From Planctomycetota bacterium (GTDB lineage: Bacteria > Planctomycetota > B15-G4 > SIAN01): 58,807 nucleotides of DNA. A model generated the notes under the pieces. The model saw nothing but the letters and a program-made list of their open reading frames with translations, had not been told where the DNA came from and did no database searches. The position numbers and the translations under genes are program-made. This document shows positions 28,904 through 38,467 of this stretch, one piece after another. The DNA lies in the NCBI GenBank assembly GCA_031409275.1, contig JANNXA010000052.1:1-58807 (forward strand), in the 5' to 3' direction. Positions within the stretch are counted from its first letter, which is position 1; each line of letters opens with the position of its first letter.

Positions 28904-31114
28904 TCAGCGCTCCGTCGCTGCGTCGGTGGCGGTCGGGACCGCGCGGTCAGCGACGCTCGCGTAGGCCGGCATCTCGAAGTAGCGCTCGAGCATCGCCTCG
29001 CTCACCTTCTGCACGTTCGGGTCTTCGCTCGAGAAGAAGCGGTTCAGCATCTCGACCTTGCCGCCGAGCTTCTGCGCCTCCGCCTTGTGCTTGGCGGTCA
29101 GGTCGTCGAGCGTGGCGAAGTCGTCGGCGATGATGTGCGGCGTCAGGAAGAAGTAGAGGTTCGTCTTCTTCGAGGAGTCGTTCGAGTTGCGGAAGAGGAA
29201 GCCGATCAGCGGCAGGTCGCCGAGGATCGGGATCTTGTCTTCCTGGCTGCGCTGGTCATCCGTGATCACGCCGCCGAAGACCATCGTGTGGCCGTCGGGA
29301 ATCGTGACGTTCGTCTTGATCTCGCGGGTGAGCGTCGGCGGCGGGACGGTCGGGTCGTCGGAGGTGCCGGAGAAAGCCGAGACGTTCAGCTCGATGTTGA
29401 GCCGCAGGTAGCCGCCGGCGCTGATCGTCGGGCTGATCTTCAGCGTGATGCCGGCGTCCTTGTCGCCGCCGTAGCTGGTCGAGTCGGAGTTCTGTCCCTG
29501 GTTGGTCGAGGTGTACGGCACCGAGTCCTGCGCCGTGATCGTCGCCTCTTCGTTGTCGTTGGTCAGCACCGACGGCAGCGAGAGGATGTTCGAGTTGCCG
29601 CTGGTCGCCACCGCCTGCAGGACGAACGGCAGGGCGAAGTCGGTCGGGTCGAAGATGCCGCCGGTGAGCCCCTTGCCGAGCGGGTCGTTCAGCGCGCGCG
29701 AATCGGGGAATCCGTCGCCGTCGGTGTCGACGAGCGAAGTGATGCCGAAGCTCGAGATGCCGAATCCGGTCTTGCTGGAGGCGTTCACGTCGACGCCGGC
29801 GAGCTCGACGCCGAGGATCTCGTTCAACGAGTCGGTGATCTCGATCAGCGCCGCCTGGATCAGCACCTGGTGGGGGCGCACGTCGAGCTTCTTCATGATC
29901 TCGAGCATCTGCGCGTAGCGCGTCTTGCTGGCGGTGATCACGAGCGAGTTGGTGTCGACGTCGGGGACGATCACGACCGGCTGCTCGCCCGTGCCGGAGC
30001 TGCTGCCGGAGGCGCCCGGCGCGCTGCCGGCGCCACCCTGCGCGCCGCCGCCGCGGCCGGCGCCGCTGCCGCGGCCGCTGCTGCGATCGCCGTCGACGAC
30101 CGACTGCAGCACTTCGGCGAGGTCTTGCGCCTTCGCGTTGCGCAGGCGGTAGACGTGAGTGTCGCCGCGCGGATCGACTTCGATGTCGAGCTGATCGATC
30201 CAGAGCAGGACCTTTTCCATCGTCTTCGGCCCGGCGGTCAGGAACAGCGTGTTCGAGCGCGCCTCGGCGATCACCGTCGGTTCCGGCTCGATGCCGGGGG
30301 AATTGGCGTTGCGGCCGCGCGCGCCGCCCTGTCCGCCGCCACCGCCACCGCCGCCGCCGCCGCGGTTGCCCATGTAGGCGTCGATCAGCTCCTTCAGGAC
30401 CGGTTGGATCTCATCGGCGACGGCGTGGTCGAGCTTGCGCTTCGCGACGCGCGGGTAGAAATCGTCCGGCTCCTTGTCGATCTCGCTCAGCAGCCGGACG
30501 ATCCCCTGGAGGTTGTTGGCGAACCCCGTCATCAGGATCGTGTCGGTCCCTTCGATGTTGCGGATGCTCTCGGTCGCGCTGTCGGCGAAGTAGAGGTTCA
30601 GCGTCGTGACGGCTTCGCGCGCCGGCAGGTACTTCGTGGTGATCGAGGTCGTGACGAGGAGGCCGGGGTTGTCGGCGAGCTTCGAGAGCTCGGACGGCAG
30701 CACGATCTGCGCCTGTGTCTTAAGCGCCTGCTGGCCACGCGCCTGCTGCCCGAGCTTGCGCAGCGCGAGGAAGCCGGCGTCTTCCGGCCCGAACTGCACG
30801 ATCAGGTAGTCGAGGTTGCGCAGGACGGCGCCGAAGTAGACGTCGAGCCGATCCCTCGGCACCCGCTTGCTGCCGAGCTGAAAGATCTTCGAGTCCTTGA
30901 TGTCCTTTTCTTCGTAGTGGATCACCTTGTCGGTGATGCGCTGGTAGCTCGCGATGAAGTCTGCGAGGTCGGTGCCCGTCGTTTCGTCGAACGAGATGGT
31001 GAAGACGTCGTCCTTCTCGGTGATGGCCTGTGCCGAAGCGCTGGGCGCGACGTACGTCGCGAACGCTCCGCCGAGGACGAACGTCGACATCAGACTGGCT
31101 GCCGCGTAACGCAC
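28904..31114 (-). CDS. gspD: Outer-membrane secretin GspD
   Basis: GTG 31114 preceded by AAGGAGG; signal peptide; repeated N-domains; QVLIQAALIEI, LSLPSVLTNDNEEA and KIPILGDLPLIGFLFR...TNLYFFLTPHII. Confidence 0.92.
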   Translation of the reverse strand: MRYAAASLMSTFVLGGAFATYVAPSASAQAITEKDDVFTISFDETTGTDLADFIASYQRITDKVIHYEEKDIKDSKIFQLGSKRVPRDRLDVYFGAVLRNLDYLIVQFGPEDAGFLALRKLGQQARGQQALKTQAQIVLPSELSKLADNPGLLVTTSITTKYLPAREAVTTLNLYFADSATESIRNIEGTDTILMTGFANNLQGIVRLLSEIDKEPDDFYPRVAKRKLDHAVADEIQPVLKELIDAYMGNRGGGGGGGGGGQGGARGRNANSPGIEPEPTVIAEARSNTLFLTAGPKTMEKVLLWIDQLDIEVDPRGDTHVYRLRNAKAQDLAEVLQSVVDGDRSSGRGSGAGRGGGAQGGAGSAPGASGSSSGTGEQPVVIVPDVDTNSLVITASKTRYAQMLEIMKKLDVRPHQVLIQAALIEITDSLNEILGVELAGVDVNASSKTGFGISSFGITSLVDTDGDGFPDSRALNDPLGKGLTGGIFDPTDFALPFVLQAVATSGNSNILSLPSVLTNDNEEATITAQDSVPYTSTNQGQNSDSTSYGGDKDAGITLKISPTISAGGYLRLNIELNVSAFSGTSDDPTVPPPTLTREIKTNVTIPDGHTMVFGGVITDDQRSQEDKIPILGDLPLIGFLFRNSNDSSKKTNLYFFLTPHIIADDFATLDDLTAKHKAEAQKLGGKVEMLNRFFSSEDPNVQKVSEAMLERYFEMPAYASVADRAVPTATDAATER

Positions 31115-31201
31115 TCCGCCCCTCCTTCCGCATCGTCCCCGCGCTCCACGGGACCCACGCGCGCGTGAGCCTGCCGTCGAGCGTGCTTCCGACCGCGTCC
31201 T

Positions 31202-31226
31202 TTGCGACCTTCGCCGAAGGTTGCAA
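31202..31226. promoter_or_regulatory. 25-bp near-perfect palindrome, candidate operator
   Basis: TTGCGACCTTCG-c-CGAAGGTTGCAA in the divergent region between gspD and the PTS IIA gene. Confidence 0.45.
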
Positions 31227-31256
31227 GACGGCGTCGAGCGATTGCCTGGATCGTGA

Positions 31257-31285
31257 CCTAACCTAAGAAAATGCAAGGTGTTAGG
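31257..31285. promoter_or_regulatory. AT-rich inverted repeat CCTAAC-N17-GTTAGG, candidate protein-binding site
   Basis: Low-GC patch upstream of gspD; its reverse complement matches the element at 36644-36668 at 15 of 25 positions. Confidence 0.4.
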
Positions 31286-31489
31286 CGACGAAGGCGGCGC
31301 ATTGTAACGGCGTGCTCCGTGCCTTTCCATGTGCGAGCCTCGGGCGGTTGGACCCGGCGAGCTCGGCCGTATTCCCCGACGAGTCGCCGCGCTTGCTCGT
31401 CGCTTGCGCCGCTTTGGAGGCGTCCTTATCGTCCCCGCCCTTTCGCCTCTCCGCTCACCCCGCCTTCCCACGCGAAACCTCACTGATCC

Positions 31490-31966
31490 ATGCGTCTCTC
31501 GGCCGTCCTACCAGAGTCTGCGATCGTCGTCGGCCTCGACGGCATCGACAAGTGGGGCGTGATCGAGAAGTTGACCGATCTGCTCGTCGTGTCGGGGCAG
31601 GCTCAGCCGGGATGGCGCGACGCGCTCTTGCGCGGCCTGACCGAGCGGGAGAAGCAGTCGAGCACGGGCATGCAGGACGGTTTCGCCATCCCGCACTCGC
31701 GGATGGATGAGCCGATCCAGACCACGCTCGTCAGCCTCGCGGTCCTCGCCAAAGGCATGGACTTCGATGCAATCGACGGACAGCCGACTCGGACGGTGGT
31801 TTGTCTGATCACCCCGCGCAAGCAAAGCCGAGAACACCTTCGTGTCCTCGCCGGGATCGCGCAGCTGTTTGCGCGTGCCGAGTTCCGTGCGGCGCTACTG
31901 GAGGCGCGCTCGGCCCCCGAAGTGCTGGCGGTCATCCGAGCCGAGGAAGAGAAGATCCCGGCGTGA
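31490..31966 (+). CDS. PTS EIIA (fructose/mannitol/nitrogen family, PtsN-like)
   Basis: EREKQSSTGMQDGFAIPHSR phospho-His motif, DFDAIDGQP and HLRVLA. Confidence 0.88.
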   Translation: MRLSAVLPESAIVVGLDGIDKWGVIEKLTDLLVVSGQAQPGWRDALLRGLTEREKQSSTGMQDGFAIPHSRMDEPIQTTLVSLAVLAKGMDFDAIDGQPTRTVVCLITPRKQSREHLRVLAGIAQLFARAEFRAALLEARSAPEVLAVIRAEEEKIPA

Positions 31967-32113
31967 ACCGGCCGCGAGCGCGGCGTTCATGCTCCAGTGG
32001 CGATGCGATTCAAACGATCGAGGAAAGACGGTTCCGGGCCCGACCGCAGAAGCAAAGAGGCCCACCCCTAAGCCCGCCGACAAGGCAGTGCCGTTCATTC
32101 GACCTGGAGACCC

Positions 32114-32320
32114 ATGATCCGAGTGCAACCGAAGGAGGGCGAGCCGCTCGAGAAGACGCTCCGCCGCCTGCGAAAGATCTGCAACAACGAAGGCGTCACC
32201 AAGGCGGTCAAGCGCCACAGCCACTACGAGAAGCCGAGCGTCCGCGAGCGGCGCCGGGTGCGTGAACGGCTGAAGACCATTCGCCTCGCCTCCAAGCTCC
32301 AGGGCGGTTCGACGATGTGA
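32114..32320 (+). CDS. rpsU: 30S ribosomal protein bS21
   Basis: GEPLEKTLRRLRK...EG...YEKPS.RERRR; GGAG upstream. Confidence 0.92.
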   Translation: MIRVQPKEGEPLEKTLRRLRKICNNEGVTKAVKRHSHYEKPSVRERRRVRERLKTIRLASKLQGGSTM

Positions 32321-32456
32321 TCGGCCAGCGGCGATGCGCAAGCGTCGCCGCGGCTGCTCGCGGTCCCGTTGAATTCCACGGTGTCACCGTCGTGTGGCGC
32401 CGTTGACGCTATTTGCTGGCGATTTCCGACTGGCCGCTCGGTCGCCCGCCTGCCGT

Positions 32457-32526
32457 GGCCCCCTGGACCTGGCCTCCTGGAGATGGCCTCCTGGAGATGG
32501 CCTCCTAGGCAGCGCCTCCTAGACGA
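32457..32526. repeat. 14-bp tandem repeat, consensus GGCCTCCTGGAGAT, about 5 units
   Basis: CCTCCT at 32473, 32487, 32501 and 32515 (exact 14-nt period) plus a degenerate unit at 32457; the last unit overlaps the stop codon of the convergent gene. Confidence 0.8.
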
Positions 32527-33583
32527 GGTCAGGCAGGCGTTCGCCAAGGCACCGCTCGATCTCTTCGAGGCAGCGTCGATAAGCGCGCGGCCCGCCGCCG
32601 ATCGGATCGGCGATGTCGCGCCCCGTCGGGTCGAGCAGCTGCGCCTTGCCGGACCACTCCGGCGCGATCTGTCGCAGCGCGCGCAGATGCGATGTGGTCA
32701 TCGTGAAGAGGTCGTCCGCCTGCTTCAGCAGTTCGACGGTGACCGGGCGCGAACGGTGGCGCCGCAGGTCGATCTTGCGTTCGGCAAGCATCTCGACCGC
32801 TTCATCGCTCGCTTCCATGCCCGGTTCCGCACCGGTGCCGGCGCTGCCGACCACGCCTCCGTGGCTCAGAAGCTGATCCGCGGGGATTCCAAGTCGCTGG
32901 GTCCACTTCGTCCGCAGCAGCGCTTCGGCCATCGGGCTGCGACAGGTGTTGCCGGAGCAGACGAACAGGACGTAGCGAGCCGCCGTACGCAGCAGCATCG
33001 CGCGATCGATCAAACCCTCGCGGTGAATCACGGCGCGCTCGCCGATGAAGGAGACGACGGTACTTGCCTGTCCGAGCTGCGCGGGCCCGCCATCGACGAT
33101 CCACGGAATGCGCCCGCCGAGCGCGGCCGCGACTTCGGACGCATCCTTGGCATCCGGCTCCCCCGAACGATTGGCGCTGGTCAAGAGCAGCGGTTCGCCA
33201 AGGAGCTTGAGCAGCTCCAGCGCGAACGGGTGGCCGGGAACGCGGACGCCGAGCGTTTCAGCGCCGGTTCCATCGCGTCGCGGCGCGACCAGCGTCAGCG
33301 GGCCCGGCCAGTAGCGCGCGACGAGTTTTCGCGCGCCGCGTCCGGTGAGGTCGATCAGCGCCGCGGCCGATTCCCGATTCGCGACCGCCCAGGTGAACGG
33401 CTTGCCCTCATCGCGTCCCTTCGCGCCGCGCAGGGCCGCTTCCGCGGACGGCAGCGCAGCGAGGCCGTAGACCGTCTCGGTCGGCACGGCAACGACTTCA
33501 CCGCGGCGCAGCGCTGCGACGGCGGTCGCCACGGCAGCGCGCATCGAGTCGGCATCGCGGGCAAGCAGGATCGCTGTGTTCAT
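32519..33583 (-). CDS. tsaC: Fusion: L-threonylcarbamoyladenylate synthase (TsaC/YrdC) plus low-molecular-weight protein phosphatase
   Basis: N-terminal PTETVYGL, KGR, WPGPLTLV and TSANRSG; C-terminal LFVCSGNTCRSPMAEA and DIADPIGG. Confidence 0.9.
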   Translation of the reverse strand: MNTAILLARDADSMRAAVATAVAALRRGEVVAVPTETVYGLAALPSAEAALRGAKGRDEGKPFTWAVANRESAAALIDLTGRGARKLVARYWPGPLTLVAPRRDGTGAETLGVRVPGHPFALELLKLLGEPLLLTSANRSGEPDAKDASEVAAALGGRIPWIVDGGPAQLGQASTVVSFIGERAVIHREGLIDRAMLLRTAARYVLFVCSGNTCRSPMAEALLRTKWTQRLGIPADQLLSHGGVVGSAGTGAEPGMEASDEAVEMLAERKIDLRRHRSRPVTVELLKQADDLFTMTTSHLRALRQIAPEWSGKAQLLDPTGRDIADPIGGGPRAYRRCLEEIERCLGERLPDLV

Positions 33584-33604
33584 CGGGGCCTTCGAGCCGG
33601 CACA

Positions 33605-34375
33605 ATGCTCGGCATGAGCGGTGGCGAAAACAAGAGCAGGCAGTCGCGGCTCGCCTTCCTCGGAACGCTCGCGAGCGGGCTCGCCCACGAGATCAAGAAC
33701 CCGCTTTCGGCGATGTCGGTCCACCTCCAGATGTTGCGCGAGGACCTCGAGACGGCCGGGCCGCCGACGCCGCGCGAGCAACGCCTGCAGAAGCGCGTGT
33801 CGGTCCTCGAGCGCGAAGTCGCGCGACTCGAAGAGATCCTCGAGGGCTTCCTTCGTTTCGCGCGCGGCTACCAGCTGAAGCCGGTCGCGCAGTCGCTGAA
33901 CACCTTGTTGCGCGAGACGGTGGAATTCTGGGCCGCGAAGGCCGCCGCCGCCGGAGTCGATGTCCAGCTCGTGCTCGAGCCTGACCTCCCCGACGTGAGC
34001 ATCGATTCGACCTACCTGAAGCAGGCGCTGCTCAACCTTTTGAACAACGCGCTCGACGCATTGACGCAACGGCCGGCCGAAGAAAAGAGCGGTCGCGAGC
34101 AGATCCTCGTCTGCAGCCGACGCGGCAAGGCCGGGGTCGAGTTGCTCGTGATCGACAACGGGCCAGGAATCCCGCCCGAGGCTCGCGAGCAGATCTTCGA
34201 TCCGTACTTCTCGACCAAAGCGGGTGGCAGCGGGTTGGGGCTGCCGACGGTACGCCGCATCGTCGAAGAGCTCGGCGGCACCGTGACCTGCGACACCGAG
34301 GTGGGGCGTGGAACGTCGTTCCGCGTGACCTTGCGGGAAGCCTCTGCCGGCGAGTCGGAGCCGCTCCCTCCCTGA
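33605..34375 (+). CDS. Histidine kinase consisting only of HisKA and HATPase_c domains
   Basis: H-box [11 protein letters not shown]-box [24 protein letters not shown] and GSGLGL; start ATG 33605 or 33614. Confidence 0.9.
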   Translation: MLGMSGGENKSRQSRLAFLGTLASGLAHEIKNPLSAMSVHLQMLREDLETAGPPTPREQRLQKRVSVLEREVARLEEILEGFLRFARGYQLKPVAQSLNTLLRETVEFWAAKAAAAGVDVQLVLEPDLPDVSIDSTYLKQALLNLLNNALDALTQRPAEEKSGREQILVCSRRGKAGVELLVIDNGPGIPPEAREQIFDPYFSTKAGGSGLGLPTVRRIVEELGGTVTCDTEVGRGTSFRVTLREASAGESEPLPP

Positions 34376-34559
34376 CCCCACCGCGGTCCACGACAGAATG
34401 GCGCAGCCGCGCCAGCGCGGATTCAAGGGGTGTCAACCTGTCTTGTTCCCCCGGCGGGCGGCCGGGCGCCGATGGGCACGCGATTTGGTTCGTTTCCGGC
34501 GATTCGCCTACACCCTCGCCCTTCGCGGTGGGGCCCGGCAACTGCCACGGAGAACTCGA

Positions 34560-36497
<1,938 letters not shown>

Positions 36498-36518
36498 ACA
36501 CGCGGCGAGGCTGAGCCC

Positions 36519-36617
36519 TCTCGCTCCGCCGATGGCGGGGCGAGACCGCCTCCGGAGACGGAACGCGATTCGCAAACAGGTACGCCGCGCGCTCCCACCA
36601 GCGGGGGCGCGCGGCGT
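36519..36617 (+). terminator. Two GC-rich hairpins downstream of dnaK
   Basis: TCTCGCTCCGCC-gat-GGCGGGGCGAGA (36519-36545) and ACGCCGCGCGCTCCC-accagc-GGGGGCGCGCGGCGT (36582-36617); no clear U-tract. Confidence 0.4.
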
Positions 36618-36642
36618 CGTTCCGGGGCGGCTTCATCGATCG

Positions 36643-36669
36643 GCAAGTCATTGCAGTTGCTTGACTTGC
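36643..36669. promoter_or_regulatory. Inverted repeat GCAAGTCA-N11-TGACTTGC, candidate operator
   Basis: Perfect 8-bp arms about 60 nt upstream of the ABC ATPase start; overlaps a TTGACT hexamer. Confidence 0.5.
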
Positions 36670-36731
36670 GGCGTGCGGAGCGGAACATCGCCGCCCGTTT
36701 CGAGAAGGCTGACGAGAGGCGCGCGGTCGCT

Positions 36732-37724
36732 GTGATCTCTGTTCGAAACCTCACGAAGCGCTACGGCGACGTGCTCGCCGTCCACGACGTCTCCTTCGAA
36801 GTCGCCGAGGGCGAGGTCATGGGCTTCCTCGGGCCCAACGGCGCCGGCAAGTCGACCACGATCCGCATCCTCACCGGCTACACCCCTGCCACGTCGGGCA
36901 CGGTGCAGATCGCCGGACTCGACGTGCTCTCGGAATCGCTCGCGATCCGACAGCAGCTCGGCTACCTGCCGGAGAACGTTCCGCTCTATCCCGAGCTGCG
37001 CGTCGAGGAGTACCTGCGGTTCCGCGCGCGGCTGAAGGGCGTCTCCGCGCGCGACGCTCGCGCGGCGGTCGAGCGGGCGATGGCGCAATGCGGCCTGATG
37101 CACATGCGCCAGCGCATCGTCGGCCAGCTCTCCAAGGGCTACCGGCAACGCGTCGGCCTCGCCGATGCGCTCGTCGCTCGCCCGCGCCTGCTGATCCTCG
37201 ATGAGCCGACCGGCGGCCTCGACCCGCACCAGCGCAAGGAGGTGCTCGACCTCATCAAGGGACTCGCGCACGAGCACACGGTGCTGCTGTCATCGCACAT
37301 CCTCGCCGAGATCGAGAGCATCTCCACGCGCGTCATGATCATCCAGAAGGGGCGATTGCTCGCGAACGGCAAGTTCGCCGACCTCGCCACGCACCTCGAC
37401 GACGCGCCTTCGATTCGCGTCGAGGCGAAGGGGCGCCGCGATGCGATCCTGCAGGCGCTGGCGCCGCTGTTGCGCGAATGCGCCGAGTCGAGCGATGCGA
37501 CGGAACTCGCGGACGACTGGGTGGCCGTGACGCTGCGTCCGCGCGCCGGCCGCGATCCGCGCGAGGGAATCGCTGCGGCGCTGCGCGCTGCCAACCTGCC
37601 CCTGCGCGAATTGGTCCGCCATCAGCGGACGCTCGAGGAGATCTTCCTGCGCATCACCGCCCAGGCCGCGATCCGCACCGGCGAGACGGTGGCCGCCGCC
37701 CCCGAAACGGGAGCGCCGGCATGA
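36732..37724 (+). CDS. ABC transporter ATP-binding protein (GldA-like)
   Basis: Walker A GPNGAGKST, signature LSKGYRQR, Walker B LLILDEP and SSH. Confidence 0.92.
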   Translation: MISVRNLTKRYGDVLAVHDVSFEVAEGEVMGFLGPNGAGKSTTIRILTGYTPATSGTVQIAGLDVLSESLAIRQQLGYLPENVPLYPELRVEEYLRFRARLKGVSARDARAAVERAMAQCGLMHMRQRIVGQLSKGYRQRVGLADALVARPRLLILDEPTGGLDPHQRKEVLDLIKGLAHEHTVLLSSHILAEIESISTRVMIIQKGRLLANGKFADLATHLDDAPSIRVEAKGRRDAILQALAPLLRECAESSDATELADDWVAVTLRPRAGRDPREGIAAALRAANLPLRELVRHQRTLEEIFLRITAQAAIRTGETVAAAPETGAPA

Positions 37725-38467
37725 GGATGCTGCGCCAGCTCTCGATCCTGCTTGCGCGCGAAGTCGAGTCGCTCTACTTCACGCCGATCCACTACGCGGT
37801 CATCACCGTCGCGCTCGTCTTCAACGGCTGGTCCTTCTGGTTCGCGCTGCAGGTGAGCGCCGGGAACGTCGAGGATGCCGTTCGCCTCTTCTTCGGCGAA
37901 TCGCCGCTCGTGTGGCTGGTCATGGTGCTGGTGCCACCGCTGCTCACCATGCGCCTCTTCGCCGAGGAGCGGCGCAGCGGAACGCTCGAGATGCTGCTCA
38001 CCGCGCCGGTCGGCGAGGTCGAGGTCGTGCTGGCCAAGTTCCTGGCGGGGCTCGCGTTCTACCTGTCGATGTGGGTGCCCTCGCTGCTCTACCTCGCGAT
38101 CGCCAAGTCCTACGGAGCGATCCCCGACATCGGCCCGCTCGCGACGAGCTACCTCGGCATCACCTTGCTCGGCGCGCTGTTCACGGCCGCCGGTCTCTTC
38201 GCTTCGAGCCTCACGCAGACGCAGGTCCTCGCCGCCGTCCTCGCCACGGTCTTCAACCTCCTCCTGCTGCTGGTGCCGCTGGTGTCGCGCTTCATCGGCA
38301 TCGAGTCGGTCGAGCGCTTCTTCGTCGAGCTCTCGATCGTGCGCCACTTCGGCGACTCGTTCGCGAAGGGGCTGATCGACACGGCGCACGTGAGCTTCTA
38401 CGTGGTCCTGACCGGCGTCTTCCTGTTCTGGACCATGCGCAGCGTGGAGTCGCAGCGGTGGCGATGA
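37721..38467 (+). CDS. ABC-2 type permease (GldF-like)
   Basis: About six hydrophobic helices; TMRLFAEERRSGTLEMLLTAPV...VVLAKF; ATGA coupling. Confidence 0.88.
   Translation: MRMLRQLSILLAREVESLYFTPIHYAVITVALVFNGWSFWFALQVSAGNVEDAVRLFFGESPLVWLVMVLVPPLLTMRLFAEERRSGTLEMLLTAPVGEVEVVLAKFLAGLAFYLSMWVPSLLYLAIAKSYGAIPDIGPLATSYLGITLLGALFTAAGLFASSLTQTQVLAAVLATVFNLLLLLVPLVSRFIGIESVERFFVELSIVRHFGDSFAKGLIDTAHVSFYVVLTGVFLFWTMRSVESQRWR

Noticed and set aside
31115..31483. N-terminal extension of GspD in the ORF track
   Set aside because: A strong AAGGAGG and a signal peptide support GTG 31114; the upstream part is a regulatory intergenic region
32457..32526. 14-bp repeat considered as a mini-CRISPR or iteron set
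   Set aside because: No spacers, units too short, and no cas or rep gene nearby
32369..33604. Apparent 400-aa N-terminal extension of the histidine kinase in the ORF track
   Set aside because: It is the antisense shadow of the tsaC-phosphatase gene; the real kinase most likely starts at 33605 or 33614
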